Shown here: one piece after another, positions 1 to 13,063 of the stretch
How positions within the stretch are numbered: the stretch's first letter is position 1
Layout: the number at the start of each line of letters is the position of its first letter
NCBI GenBank assembly: GCA_002753495.1
Contig: PEAJ01000003.1
Location: 1-40,624 of the forward strand
Source: Magnetococcales bacterium HA3dbin3
Lineage (GTDB): Bacteria > Pseudomonadota > Magnetococcia > Magnetococcales > DC0425bin3
DNA length: 40,624 nt
Direction: 5' to 3'
Translations under genes and position numbers: made by a program
The notes under the pieces: model-generated
Databases searched by the model: none
Seen by the model: only the letters and a program-made list of their open reading frames with translations
Told to the model about the DNA's origin: nothing

Positions 1-61
1 TGGGGGGGGGGGGGGGGGTATAACCGCGACCACAAAAGGCGATGCGCAGGGCAATCGCGGT

Positions 62-1231
62 TTGACAGGGCGGCGGAGTGGGAACGTGGGCGGAGCATCG
101 GCGGCACAGCGGGCAGCGGCGACCCTGGTCCTGGAGGATGGTACGGTCTTCACCGGTTGGGCTCTGGGGGCGGATGCCCGGCAGGTGGGAGAGGTGTGCT
201 TCAACACTTCGATGACCGGCTACCAGGAGATCATGAGCGATCCCTCCTACGCCGGCCAGATTGTCACCATGACCGCCACCCAGATCGGCAATGTTGGTCT
301 CAATCCCGAGGATATGGAGTCGGCGCGGCCTTACATTCGCGGATTTGTCATCAAGGAGTCCTCGCGCATTGTCTCCAATTGGCGGCAGCAGGAGACCCTC
401 GACCATTTCCTGAAGCGCCATGGTATTCCCGCCATCGAGGGGATCGACACCCGGCAGCTTGTCAACCTGCTGCGCACCAAGGGGGCACAGCGCGGCGCCC
501 TCTCTACCCGTGGTGATTCCGCCGAGGCGCTTCTCGCCCAGGCACGCTCCTGGCCTGGATTGGTTGGTATGGATCTGACCGGCGAGGTAACCTGCGCCGC
601 CTCCTACCCCTGGGACACAGGGGGGTGGCGACTCGGGGATGGGTATCGCCGGCCAGGGGCGGATGAGGGGAGATTCCACGTCGTTGTCATGGATTTCGGC
701 GTCAAGCACAACATCTTGCGCTGTCTGGTCGAGGTTGGTTGTCGGCTCACCGTCGTGCCGGCTACCACCGGTGCCGATGCCATCCTTGCCCGTAATCCGG
801 ACGGGGTGTTTTTCTCCAACGGCCCCGGTGATCCAGACGCGGTCAAGGGGGCTATCGCGGCGATCCGAACCCTGCTCGCCAGCGACAAGCCGCTGTTTGG
901 CATCTGCCTCGGTCACCAGATGCTTGGCCTGGCCCTGGGTGGCCGGACGACAAAGCTGAAATTTGGCCATCGTGGCGGCAACCATCCGGTGCAAAACCTG
1001 CGCACCGGTCAGGTGGAGGTCACCTCCCAGAATCACGGCTTCATGGTTGAGGAGGGGAGTTTGCCGGCCGGTGTCGAGGTGACGCATCGCTCCCTGTTCG
1101 ACGGGACGGTCGAGGGGATGGCCCTGCGCGATCGCCCGGTCTTCTCGGTGCAGTATCACCCGGAGGCAAGCCCGGGCCCACACGATTCGCGCTATCTCTT
1201 TCGGCAGTTTGCCGACCTGATGCGGGGGTGA
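62..1231 (+). CDS. carA: Carbamoyl-phosphate synthase small subunit
   Basis: Motifs [29 protein letters not shown] (catalytic Cys) and QYHPE. The start is uncertain (TTG at 62). Confidence 0.97.
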   Translation: MTGRRSGNVGGASAAQRAAATLVLEDGTVFTGWALGADARQVGEVCFNTSMTGYQEIMSDPSYAGQIVTMTATQIGNVGLNPEDMESARPYIRGFVIKESSRIVSNWRQQETLDHFLKRHGIPAIEGIDTRQLVNLLRTKGAQRGALSTRGDSAEALLAQARSWPGLVGMDLTGEVTCAASYPWDTGGWRLGDGYRRPGADEGRFHVVVMDFGVKHNILRCLVEVGCRLTVVPATTGADAILARNPDGVFFSNGPGDPDAVKGAIAAIRTLLASDKPLFGICLGHQMLGLALGGRTTKLKFGHRGGNHPVQNLRTGQVEVTSQNHGFMVEEGSLPAGVEVTHRSLFDGTVEGMALRDRPVFSVQYHPEASPGPHDSRYLFRQFADLMRG

Positions 1232-1234
1232 GCC

Positions 1235-4200
1235 ATGCCCAAACGCACAGACATCGAGAAAATTTTGTTGATCGGCTCCGGCCCGATCGTTATCGGTCAG
1301 GCTTGCGAGTTTGATTACTCGGGGGCGCAGGCGTGCAAGGCGTTGGCCGAGGAGGGGTACCAGGTGGTGCTCGTCAACTCCAACCCGGCGACGATCATGA
1401 CCGACCCCGATCTCGCCGCCCGCACCTACATCGAGCCGATCACCCCGGAAGTGGTGGCCGAGATTATCCGCAACGAACGCCCACAGGCCTTGCTCCCAAC
1501 CATGGGCGGACAGACCGGGCTCAACGTTGCCATGCAGCTCGCCGAACGTGGCGTCCTGGCACAATACGGTGTCGAGATGATCGGTGCCTCGCGCGAGGCA
1601 ATCGATAAGGCGGAAAACCGCGAGCTGTTCAAGGCGGCCATGCACCGGATCGGTCTCGATATGCCGCGTTCCGGCTTTGCGCACAACTTGGACGATGCGC
1701 GGCGCATTCTTGGCGAAGTTGGCTTTCCGGCCGTCATGCGCCCGAGCTTCACCCTCGGTGGCACCGGCGGCGGCATCGCCTACAATCAGGAGGAGTTCGA
1801 GGAGATTGTCCTGGGTGGTTTGGAGGCTTCGCCAATCACCGAGGTGCTGGTCGAAGAGTCGGTCCTCGGCTGGAAAGAGTACGAGATGGAGGTGGTGCGC
1901 GACCGCGACGACAACGCCATCATCATCTGCTCGATCGAAAACCTCGACCCGATGGGGGTGCACACCGGTGACTCCATCACCGTCGCCCCGGCGCTGACGC
2001 TGACCGACAAAGAGTACCAGATCATGCGTACCGCCTCGATCGCCGTCCTGCGCGAAATCGGGGTGGACACCGGCGGTTCGAATGTGCAGTTTGCCGTGCA
2101 TCCGCAAACCGGGCGGCTGGTGATCATCGAGATGAACCCGCGCGTATCGCGCTCGTCGGCGTTGGCATCGAAGGCGACTGGGTTCCCGATTGCCAAGGTG
2201 GCGGCCAAGCTTGCAGTCGGCTACACCCTGCCCGAGATCATGAACGACATCACCGGCAGCATCCCGGCCTCGTTCGAGCCGACCATCGATTATGTCGTCA
2301 CCAAGATTCCCCGCTTCACCTTTGAAAAATTTCCCCAGGCCGAGCCACGTTTGACAACACAAATGAAATCGGTCGGCGAGGTGATGGCGATCGGCCGCAC
2401 CTTCAAGGAGTCGTTCCAGAAGGCCCTGCGCTCGATGGAGACCGGCCTGAGTGGCCTCGATGAGGTCCTGGATCCGGCACTGTCACTGGAAGACCGGCAG
2501 GCGATTCTGGAGCGGGAGTTGCACCAGACCGGGCCCGATCGCGTGCGCTATGTCGCCGAGGCGTTTCGTTGTGGTCGTTCCGTGGCCTGGGTTCACGAGT
2601 TGACCGCGATCGACCCCTGGTTCCTCGACCAAATCTGGCAGATCATCGCTGCCGAGGAGAATCTGCGGGGACAGGCGTTGTCGGGGCTTTCCCCGGATAA
2701 GCTGCGCACACTCAAGGTGATGGGGTTTTCCGACCGGCGTCTGGCAACCTTGCTCGGAACGACACCCGATGCCGTGCGCGCGACGCGGCTGGCGGTCGGG
2801 ATCAGGCCGGTGTTCAAGCGCGTCGACACCTGCGCGGCCGAGTTTGCCACCCAGACCGCCTACGTCTACTCCACCTACGAGGCCGAGTGCGAGGCGCGCC
2901 CGACCGATCGCCAGAAGATCATGATCCTGGGTGGCGGACCCAATCGCATCGGTCAGGGCATCGAGTTCGACTACTGCTGCGTCCACGCATCCTTTGCCCT
3001 GCGCGCGGCTGGCTATGAGACGATCATGGTCAACTGTAACCCGGAGACTGTCTCCACCGATTACGACACCTCCGACCGGCTCTATTTCGAACCGCTGACG
3101 CTGGAGGATGTCCTCTCCATCGTCGATGTTGAGAAGCCGAAGGGGGTGATTGTCCAGTTTGGCGGGCAGACCCCGCTCAAGCTTGCCAAGGCGCTGGAAG
3201 CGGCCGGTGTGCCGATCATCGGCACCACACCGGATGCGATTGATGTTGCCGAGGATCGTGAGCGATTCCAGAAACTTCTGCATCAGCTTAAGCTTTTGCA
3301 ACCAGCCAACGGTCTTGCCCGTTCGGAGGCCGAGGCACTGGAGGTGGCCGAACGCGTCGGCTATCCGGTGGTCGTGCGTCCCTCCTATGTGCTGGGTGGG
3401 CGGGCGATGGAGATTGTCTTCGACGCGCGCGACCTCAACCGCTACATGCGCACGGCGGTGCAAGCCTCGCCCGATCATCCGGTGTTGATCGACCATTTTC
3501 TCCAGGATGCGATCGAGGTGGATGTCGACTGCATCGCCGATGGCCAGACCTCCGTCGTTGGCGGCATCATGGAACACATCGAGGAGGCTGGCGTCCACTC
3601 GGGTGACTCCGCCTGCTCGTTACCCCCCTACTCGATCAGCGATGAATTCCGGGAGGAGATTGGTCGTCAGACCCTGCAACTGGCCGCCGCGCTGGGGGTG
3701 GTCGGGTTGATGAACGTCCAGTTTGCCATCTGCCAGGGGCGGGTTTACATCCTGGAGGTCAATCCGCGTGCCTCACGCACGGTGCCGTTTGTTTCCAAGG
3801 CGACGGGGGTTCCCTTGGCCAAGATTGCGGCCCGGCTCATGGCGGGGGAGACCCTTGCCGCACTGGGTATCACCGCTTCGCCGATACCTAAGCACATATC
3901 GGTCAAGGAGTCGGTTTTTCCGTTCGCCAAGTTCCGTGGCGTTGATACCATCCTCGGGCCGGAGATGAAATCGACCGGCGAGGTGATGGGGATCGCCGAC
4001 TCCTTCGGCATGGCCTTCGCCAAGGCGCAGTTTGGGGCGGGGGTGTTTCTGCCGCGCGCCCGCGATCTCAAGCCACAGCAGCGGATTTTTGTCTCGGTAC
4101 GCGATGCCGACAAGGAGGGGATGATCCTCCCCTCGCGCCAGCTGCTGGCAATGGGGTACCGCCTCTGTGCCACCCGCGGTACCGCCGAGAGGTTGCGGCG

Positions 4201-4477
4201 TGAGGGCCTGGAGGTGGAGACCGTGCACAAGGTGAACGAGGGGCGGCCGCATGTGGTCGATCACATGAAGAACGGCGTCATCGCCATGGTGTTCAACACC
4301 ACCGAGGGCAAGCAGGCGATGGCCGACTCCTTCGTCGTGCGCCGCACCGCCCTGATGTGCAAAATTCCCTATTTCACGACCATGGCCGGCATGCGTGCCA
4401 CCGTCTCCGCCATGGAAGCGGTGCAAGATACCGGGTTCCATTGCAAGGCGCTCCAGGATTATTATCCTCGCGGGTAG
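1235..4477 (+). CDS. carB: Carbamoyl-phosphate synthase large subunit
   Basis: MPKRTDI...[17 protein letters not shown] start, duplicated ATP-grasp halves, C-terminal MGS domain; 1080 aa; 3 nt after carA. Confidence 0.99.
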   Translation: MPKRTDIEKILLIGSGPIVIGQACEFDYSGAQACKALAEEGYQVVLVNSNPATIMTDPDLAARTYIEPITPEVVAEIIRNERPQALLPTMGGQTGLNVAMQLAERGVLAQYGVEMIGASREAIDKAENRELFKAAMHRIGLDMPRSGFAHNLDDARRILGEVGFPAVMRPSFTLGGTGGGIAYNQEEFEEIVLGGLEASPITEVLVEESVLGWKEYEMEVVRDRDDNAIIICSIENLDPMGVHTGDSITVAPALTLTDKEYQIMRTASIAVLREIGVDTGGSNVQFAVHPQTGRLVIIEMNPRVSRSSALASKATGFPIAKVAAKLAVGYTLPEIMNDITGSIPASFEPTIDYVVTKIPRFTFEKFPQAEPRLTTQMKSVGEVMAIGRTFKESFQKALRSMETGLSGLDEVLDPALSLEDRQAILERELHQTGPDRVRYVAEAFRCGRSVAWVHELTAIDPWFLDQIWQIIAAEENLRGQALSGLSPDKLRTLKVMGFSDRRLATLLGTTPDAVRATRLAVGIRPVFKRVDTCAAEFATQTAYVYSTYEAECEARPTDRQKIMILGGGPNRIGQGIEFDYCCVHASFALRAAGYETIMVNCNPETVSTDYDTSDRLYFEPLTLEDVLSIVDVEKPKGVIVQFGGQTPLKLAKALEAAGVPIIGTTPDAIDVAEDRERFQKLLHQLKLLQPANGLARSEAEALEVAERVGYPVVVRPSYVLGGRAMEIVFDARDLNRYMRTAVQASPDHPVLIDHFLQDAIEVDVDCIADGQTSVVGGIMEHIEEAGVHSGDSACSLPPYSISDEFREEIGRQTLQLAAALGVVGLMNVQFAICQGRVYILEVNPRASRTVPFVSKATGVPLAKIAARLMAGETLAALGITASPIPKHISVKESVFPFAKFRGVDTILGPEMKSTGEVMGIADSFGMAFAKAQFGAGVFLPRARDLKPQQRIFVSVRDADKEGMILPSRQLLAMGYRLCATRGTAERLRREGLEVETVHKVNEGRPHVVDHMKNGVIAMVFNTTEGKQAMADSFVVRRTALMCKIPYFTTMAGMRATVSAMEAVQDTGFHCKALQDYYPRG

Positions 4478-4504
4478 CTCTTTTGCGCGTGCATCCTCTT
4501 TCCT

Positions 4505-4653
4505 TGAGAGGCTGTTTAAAAGCGCCGGATTGCGCCGCCCCGGCGAGGAAGAGCGGCGCGCAGATGCGCAGTGTACTGTGCTGTACATGAGCAATCGAGC
4601 ACCGATCTGACGAAGCCGCGGCAAGCAGGACGGTGTTTTCAAACAGCCTCTCA
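4505..4653. mobile_element. MITE-like palindromic element (149 bp)
   Basis: 22-bp imperfect terminal inverted repeats TGAGAGGCTGTTTAAAAGCGCC (4505-4526) and GGTGTTTTCAAACAGCCTCTCA (4632-4653), 19/22 complementary; internal TGTAC..GTACA palindrome; too short for a transposase. Confidence 0.75.
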
Positions 4654-4669
4654 GACGGGACATCGTAAT

Positions 4670-5143
4670 ATGGCACAAAAAATCCCCCTGACCCTGGAAG
4701 GGGCCGACATGCTGAAGGCGGAGCTGAAGCGGCGCAAAACCGTGGATCGCGCCAAAGTGATCGAAGCCATCGCCGAGGCCCGGGCGCATGGCGATCTCTC
4801 CGAGAACGCCGAGTATGCCGCCGCCAAGGAGCAGCAATCCTTCAACGAGGGGCGCATTCAGCATCTGGAGTCGATCCTCGCCAACGCCGATGTCATCGAT
4901 ACAAGCCGGTTGCGTTCGACCAAGGTGGTGTTCGGGGCGAAGGTCACCGTCACCGACGAACAAACCGACGAGGAGGTGACCTACTACATCGTCGGCGCGG
5001 AAGAGGCCGATTTTGACAAGGGGAAGATCTCCATCACCAGCCCGCTGGCACGCGCGATGATCGGCAAGGAGGAGGGGGATTCGATCAACGTGCAGGCGCC
5101 CGGCGGCGTGCGTCACTACGAAATTCTCTCCATCCGCTTTTGA
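4670..5143 (+). CDS. greA: Transcription elongation factor GreA
   Basis: [17 protein letters not shown] and [14 protein letters not shown] motifs. ATG at 4670 gives 157 aa; the longer ORF-track start lies inside the MITE. Confidence 0.97.
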   Translation: MAQKIPLTLEGADMLKAELKRRKTVDRAKVIEAIAEARAHGDLSENAEYAAAKEQQSFNEGRIQHLESILANADVIDTSRLRSTKVVFGAKVTVTDEQTDEEVTYYIVGAEEADFDKGKISITSPLARAMIGKEEGDSINVQAPGGVRHYEILSIRF

Positions 5144-7253
<2,110 letters not shown>

Positions 7254-7259
7254 GACCCC

Positions 7260-8852
7260 ATGCCCGCACACCCGAATCACCCGGCCGCGGATGCCGCGCC
7301 GACGCAGGACGAACGCATTCTCATCCTCGATTTCGGTTCCCAGTACACGCAGCTGATTGCCCGGCGCGTGCGTGAGGCGCGTGCTTACAGCGAGATTCAC
7401 CCCTGGTTCATGGCCCCCGAGGCGGTGCGCGCCTTCAACCCGAAGGGGATCATTCTCTCCGGCGGGCATCAGTCGGTCTACGAGCTGAAGGCGCCGACTT
7501 TGCAACCGGAGGTGCTCGCCCTTGGTGTGCCGGTCCTGGGTATTTGCTACGGCATGCAGGTCCTGGCGCGGCACTTGGGTGGTGCGGTTGAGGCCTCGGG
7601 CAAGCGCGAGTACGGCCCGATGCGCGTGCGGCGACAGGGGGATCCGGGTGAGCTGTTCGGCGAATTTTTCCACGAGGAGTCTACCCCGGTGTGGATGAGT
7701 CACGGCGACCATGTGACCGAATTGCCAGCCGGGTTTCGTGTCGTCGGGGCGAGCGATAATGCACCGATCGCCGCCATGATCGATGATCAGCGCCACATCT
7801 ACGGGGTGCAGTTTCACCCGGAGGTACACCACACGCCGCGTGGAAGCTTCCTGATCGATGCCTTCGTACGCAGGGTGTGTGGGTGTCGGGGATTGTGGAC
7901 GCCTGGGCATTTCATCGCCCAGGCCATCGCCCGTGTCCGGCAGCAGGTCGGCGATGATCAGGTGCTGCTTGGGCTCTCGGGTGGAGTGGATTCGGCGGTG
8001 ACGGCGGCCCTGGTGCATCGGGCGATCGGCGACCGCCTGACCTGCGTCTTCGTCGACAACGGTCTGCTGCGTTTGAACGAAGGGGACGATGTCATGGCCA
8101 CCTTCGCCGAGCATATGGGGGTGCGGGTGATCCGGGTCGACGCCGAGGATCGCTTTCTCGAACGTCTACGCGGCATCAGCGACCCGGAACGTAAACGCAA
8201 GATCATCGGCCACACCTTCATTGATGTTTTCGAGGCCGAGGCGCGGCGTTTGCCGGCCGTGCAGTGGCTGGCGCAGGGGACGATCTATCCGGATGTCATT
8301 GAATCCGCCGGCGGCAAAACCGGTGTCGCGGCAAGCATCAAATCGCATCACAATGTCGGTGGCCTTCCCGCCGACATGGGGTTGCGCCTGCTCGAGCCCT
8401 TGCGCGAACTCTTCAAGGACGAGGTGCGTCAGGTCGGCGAGGAGCTGGGATTACCGCGGCGCATGCTCTATCGTCACCCCTTTCCCGGCCCGGGGCTTGG
8501 GGTGCGCATCCTCGGCGAGGTGCGCAAGGAGTTTGCCGACATGTTGCGCCAGGCCGACGCCATCTACATGGAGGAGCTGCACAGTTCCGGCCATTATGAT
8601 CGGACTTCGCAGGCCTTTGCCGTCTTTCTCCCGGTGCGCAGCGTCGGCGTCAAGGGGGATGGGCGCAGCTACGAATATGTCGTTGCCCTGCGCGCGGTGG
8701 AGACACAGGATTTCATGACCGCCTCCTGGTACGCGCTGCCGCAGGAGCTTCTGTCGCGCATCGCCAACCGTATCATCAACGAGGTCCCCGGCATCAACCG
8801 GGTGGTCTACGACATCACCTCCAAGCCGCCAGGGACGATTGAGTGGGAGTGA
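7260..8852 (+). CDS. guaA: GMP synthase (glutamine-hydrolysing)
   Basis: [34 protein letters not shown] and C-terminal KPPGTIEWE. Confidence 0.98.
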   Translation: MPAHPNHPAADAAPTQDERILILDFGSQYTQLIARRVREARAYSEIHPWFMAPEAVRAFNPKGIILSGGHQSVYELKAPTLQPEVLALGVPVLGICYGMQVLARHLGGAVEASGKREYGPMRVRRQGDPGELFGEFFHEESTPVWMSHGDHVTELPAGFRVVGASDNAPIAAMIDDQRHIYGVQFHPEVHHTPRGSFLIDAFVRRVCGCRGLWTPGHFIAQAIARVRQQVGDDQVLLGLSGGVDSAVTAALVHRAIGDRLTCVFVDNGLLRLNEGDDVMATFAEHMGVRVIRVDAEDRFLERLRGISDPERKRKIIGHTFIDVFEAEARRLPAVQWLAQGTIYPDVIESAGGKTGVAASIKSHHNVGGLPADMGLRLLEPLRELFKDEVRQVGEELGLPRRMLYRHPFPGPGLGVRILGEVRKEFADMLRQADAIYMEELHSSGHYDRTSQAFAVFLPVRSVGVKGDGRSYEYVVALRAVETQDFMTASWYALPQELLSRIANRIINEVPGINRVVYDITSKPPGTIEWE

Positions 8853-8947
8853 TTCAGGTCGCCCACTCGAAACACACCCTGCGGCTGGCAAGTTCCTGAC
8901 ATAACCGAGAGTTGTCGTGTGTCAGCCAAGTTTCAGCGGACGACCGC

Positions 8948-11303
8948 TCACACCTTGGCCCTCCCACGCGTCCGTGCCTGGAGCTGGCTTCTGACTTGTG
9001 TATAAAGCCGGGCCTCCCCGTTTTCCCGGTCACGCAGGCAGACCACCAGGGCATAGTCCTCTTCGGTGGCACATAGCGGTTCACCCCACGGAAGATCGTT
9101 GCGGGTAACAACAACGAACAGCCGGTTGTTGCGCAGGAGGGATCTGCGATCAAACTGCCTGAATTGCCAGAAGTCGGCCTGCACCGTGCCCTTGCTGCGG
9201 GCCCGCTGGCCAACGGTAGCGGTTTTCAACTCGGAGATGCTCTCGTAATCGTCCTTCTCGGTGGCCTTGTTGAACATGGTGGTGACATGTTCCAGATCCG
9301 GTGCCGTCACCAGGCGAAAGTCGATGCGGGTGGCACGGTACTTGATTCGGGTTGAACGGACGATGGGCGCATAGGCCAGCCCCACGGCAATTTCCCGCGA
9401 TCGACGACGGCCACCGCTGGTAAACTCCTCTGGAATGGGAATCTCATAGAAGTGGTGACGCTTGTTCTCAATGGAGCTATCGGCGATAAGGGTCACCGCA
9501 TTTTCGAGGGAGCGGTACAGAGCCGATTCATCCACCCGGCCATAGCCGCAGACCTTTCTGAACGCCTCATCGCGGTCTATCAGGGCCTGGCTTTCCTTTG
9601 GCATGATGGCATGGGCGCAGAGCAGTGCCCGCAATAGTCTGGCGCTGGCGTCAGGATGTTCCCGCAGGATGGACGCCGCCAGGTGGGCCACCTGGGGCGC
9701 GGCCATGCTGGTTCCCGAATCGACGGCAAAAGGATGGCCCATGGCAAATTGATGATGGGTCGAGACGACTCCCAGACCCACAGCCCGATCCAACAATGCG
9801 TTGCCAACCCGCCGAGTATTGAACGCCCAGTTGCCGCCATGCGCCATCAATTCTGGCTTGATCGCCCCATCCACGGAGGGCCCGCTGCGGGTGAAAGGGG
9901 ATGGCTGATCCGGCTGGGCAATCGGGATCTCTGACGGGTCCAGCGGGTAGTGCTGGCTGTTGTAGGTTTGGTTGTGTCGAGCCAGGCTGCCTACGGTGAG
10001 GACGTTCAACGCCGGGGCCGGCTCGATCATCCGCCACGCCTTGTCCAGCAGGTAGTGCGGGTAGTTGTCCCGCCAGGCAAGTCCGTCAGGGGAATCCTCG
10101 CCGACCCTGTGGTTGCCCGCCGACACCACGAACAGCACCCCCAATTCTCTGGAAAGGGCATCCAGAGTCAAGGAAAGTCCTTTCAAATGGCCGCCCAGGT
10201 AGGGTTTGTTGGCGTCACCGAAAGAGAGATTGAAGACCCGGCAGTTGTACTCCTTCACGAAATACCGCACGGCCTTTTCGATATGTTTCTCGACAAAGCC
10301 TGTGGTGTTCTCGTTATTCTTGTCGAGAATCCTGCCACTGAACAGGCGCAGTGTGGGCACGAATAAACGGGAGCGCAGGCTGCTCTCGAAATCCCCGTAC
10401 AGGGCCAACCCGGCCACATGGGTGCCATGCCCGCTCTCATCGGCGGCAGACTCTCCAGGCAGAAAACTTTGAGCGTCCCCCACCGCCGCCCCCAACAAGG
10501 GGTGTCCCGTGGCCAGGCCGCTATCCAGGACCACGACACCGGGAGCTTGCTCGCCCGGGGCATTGACGATAGGGAACTTCTGGATATCCTGAAAGACGAC
10601 GGAGCGTTCCAAACCGAAGCTGGGTGGCAGGTCTACTGACCGCACATCCCGGTGTCTGAGAAGCTGATGAGCCTGGACAGCGTTGCACTGCACTCGGTAA
10701 AGAGTCAGGCCGGACTGTTTGGCCTGATCTTTCTTATCAATGCCTTCACGAGTCAACCACGTTTCAAACGCCTCCCATTCTTGGCCTCGTTCCCGATGAT
10801 TATCTTCCAGGGGCCACAGCTCCACATCCAACAGGAAGGAGTCCGATTCTGGAAGGCCCTGTTTTTTTCAGCGCCCACCCTTTGCGATCCTCGGGACGCC
10901 AGTTGTCTATGCTTTGCAGGGCATAAATGACCTGCTTGTTGGTGACGTCACCCCCGCTGGCCATGGTGGCCAGTCGGGCTTCGAACTGGGCAAGGGCTGC
11001 GTCACTGGCGAAGACGACAACAACCGTCTCGTCCTCCTGGCTGACGAACTCGATTCCCGAGGAAATCTTGCGCAGGTCGTCGGGGTTGAATCCCTTCTGC
11101 ACGGAAAAGCGGAACAAGCGGCGCTCGTCAAACCCACCTACATCCCCCGCGGTTTGCTCCCTGGCCTGGGCGAGTTTTTGCTGCAATCCTCGTCCATGGC
11201 CACGAATATCTTGCGGAACAGAAAACCTTGGCGGCTGGCCCGGTCGTTTCTCATTGACCAGTGCCTCCCGTTGCAGTGGCAGATGAGGATAGGACTCAGC
11301 CAT
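8948..11303 (-). pseudogene. Subtilisin-like S8 serine protease (IetS-like), split by a one-base frameshift
   Basis: Catalytic triad motifs VVVLDSG, GHGTHVAG and SGTSMAAP in 8948-10831; N-terminal part in 10800-11303. Removing one base from the T7 run at 10862-10868 joins them (..WALKK-QGLPESDSFLLDVELWP..) into about 784 aa. It may instead be an intact gene with a sequencing error. Confidence 0.85.
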
Positions 11304-11309
11304 GGGTCA

Positions 11310-12305
11310 TCAACCTCGCTTCATCCGGGCACGCCGGGCATCCTCCCGGTGGATGGCGGACTGGATGTGCCGTTCGCTCAGGAACTCCTTGCCGGCTAGA
11401 ATCATTTCTTTAGCGGCCCGGCGCAATACCCGCTCCACATCGGCTTGACTCATCCCCTTGAAGAGGGTGGCGATCTCGTTGCTCTCCACCTCGAAATTTC
11501 GTCGCAGACCGCGCAGTTTGCAGGCCAGCAGCTTCCGCAATTGCTCCAGATTGGGCGGTTCGAAAACCAGAACCTCGTCGAACCTGCGCCAAACGGCGGC
11601 ATCCAAAATGCCCTCGTGATTGGTGGCGGCGATGAGCAGGCTCCTGCCATTGTAGGTATCGAGAAGCTGTAAAAAGGCATTGACTACTCTTTTCAGCTCG
11701 CCATGATCCGCCGCATCGGCGCGTTCCTTGGCCAGGGCGTCGAACTCGTCGAACAGCGCCACCATGGGCACGGAGGCTACGAAATCCAAAACCTGACGCA
11801 AATTGGCGGCTGTCTCTCCCAGATAGGAGGAGACCACACTGTCGATACGCACGATGGCCAATGGTAGACCGAGTTCCGAGGCCAGGACTTCCGCCGTCAG
11901 GGTCTTGCCGCAGCCAGGAGGGCCGCAGAACAGGAGTCGATCCGCTGGCGCGAGACCATGACTCTTTAATACCTCTTGTCGATGGTACTCCTGGAGAACC
12001 TCGTCGATCAGGGAGCGGTTGTCATCGGAAAGAATGACATCCTCCAACCGCCGAAGGGGTTCCCTGATATACAGGAGTGGAAGGCCACGCTCTTTGTCGC
12101 TTGGAACTTGCTTGGTCAAGGAGACGAATGGTTGACTGGTAACACTTGACCGGCCGTAAAGGATTTTTTCCAGGTCGCTGGCAAGTAGGTGGTGGTGTCT
12201 CTCCCGCTCCTCTCGGATGACATCCTCGGAAGCCTTTTTGAAAGCCTCCAGGTCTCCTTCCGCGCCTGACCGAATGAGCTGTCTTAGCAAGCTGCCCGAT
12301 GCCAT
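11310..12305 (-). CDS. AAA+ ATPase (IetA-like)
   Basis: Walker A GPPGCGKT, Walker B ALFDEFD, sensor-1 AATN and arginine finger RRFD; ends 6 nt upstream of the S8 protease start. Confidence 0.92.
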   Translation of the reverse strand: MASGSLLRQLIRSGAEGDLEAFKKASEDVIREERERHHHLLASDLEKILYGRSSVTSQPFVSLTKQVPSDKERGLPLLYIREPLRRLEDVILSDDNRSLIDEVLQEYHRQEVLKSHGLAPADRLLFCGPPGCGKTLTAEVLASELGLPLAIVRIDSVVSSYLGETAANLRQVLDFVASVPMVALFDEFDALAKERADAADHGELKRVVNAFLQLLDTYNGRSLLIAATNHEGILDAAVWRRFDEVLVFEPPNLEQLRKLLACKLRGLRRNFEVESNEIATLFKGMSQADVERVLRRAAKEMILAGKEFLSERHIQSAIHREDARRARMKRG

Positions 12306-12537
12306 GGTTTAAACCCTCTCTTCGGACCTGTTTGCCTTATTGGGGGGACTCCATGGAAATTTTCAAGGAGTAGGGCAGGGTCCAGGGCAAGGGCAAGGGG
12401 ATTCATCGATGCCCGTGGTTTCCACGCCTCCCTTCCCCGATCGGCACTGGCCTATCCGAACTTGAGGACAAAATTATCATAGCTTTCGGTCATGCCATAG
12501 TCATTGCCAATGCCGCGCGCAGGAACGCCAAAAAGCA

Positions 12538-12915
12538 TTACTCCTGGAAGCACGAAAGGCGATAGTAGCGCCGATTGATGGTGACGCATCGGTGGTCGCA
12601 AGGCATGATCTCGTAGACCATCGAGTGATGCATGCGCGGTTCGCGGCCGCAGTAGAGGGTGTGGCAGTGCTTGCGGATGGCCTGCTCTACCTGGTCTTGG
12701 CGCAGGATGTCACCCCATTCGGCATTCTTGTATCCCAGGGTAAGTCCGAACCAGTTGCAAGCCGGGGTTCCCGGCATGGCGCCGACGATGCCAGGCGAAC
12801 ACAGAAAGACAAAGGACAGGAGAGGCACGCACAAAAGGGCCACTCTCCTCCCCTTGCCTTGCGACTCCAGGCTCTGTTTCGCCGTGGTCACGCCTCCATG
12901 TTGCCGCGGTTTCAT
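12538..12915 (-). CDS. Small putative secreted Cys-rich protein (start uncertain)
   Basis: Hydrophobic segment VALLCVPLLSFVFLCSPGIVGA followed by a 79-aa region with 6 Cys; co-oriented with the upstream secreted protein. Confidence 0.4.
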   Translation of the reverse strand: MKPRQHGGVTTAKQSLESQGKGRRVALLCVPLLSFVFLCSPGIVGAMPGTPACNWFGLTLGYKNAEWGDILRQDQVEQAIRKHCHTLYCGREPRMHHSMVYEIMPCDHRCVTINRRYYRLSCFQE

Positions 12916-13063
12916 TCGTGTTACCGCCCGCGTCGCCACGCCTTCATCCCTGCCTGACAACCGCCCGGTGACGCCAGAAATGACCCGCGAAGGGGGCACT
13001 CCAGCCTCCTCGCGGCCACGCTCCCGCAGGCGAAACGCCCACACCTCTTCCCGGCCATCAACT

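Noticed and set aside
2-18. Run of 17 G at the window start
   Set aside because: A homopolymer at the sequence edge; most likely a sequencing or assembly artefact, and there is no context to support a function.
4571-4669. 33-codon N-terminal extension of greA in the ORF track
   Set aside because: It starts inside the MITE; ATG 4670 gives the normal GreA length. The extensions on guaB, ndk and moaC were trimmed likewise.
8887-8933. GGCAAGTTCCTGACATAACC...GTGTCAGCCAAGTTT after guaA as an IS end, with a weak inverted match near 12488-12508
   Set aside because: The resemblance to IS ends is only from memory, the partner match is poor, and neither a transposase nor a duplicated guaA 3' end was found.
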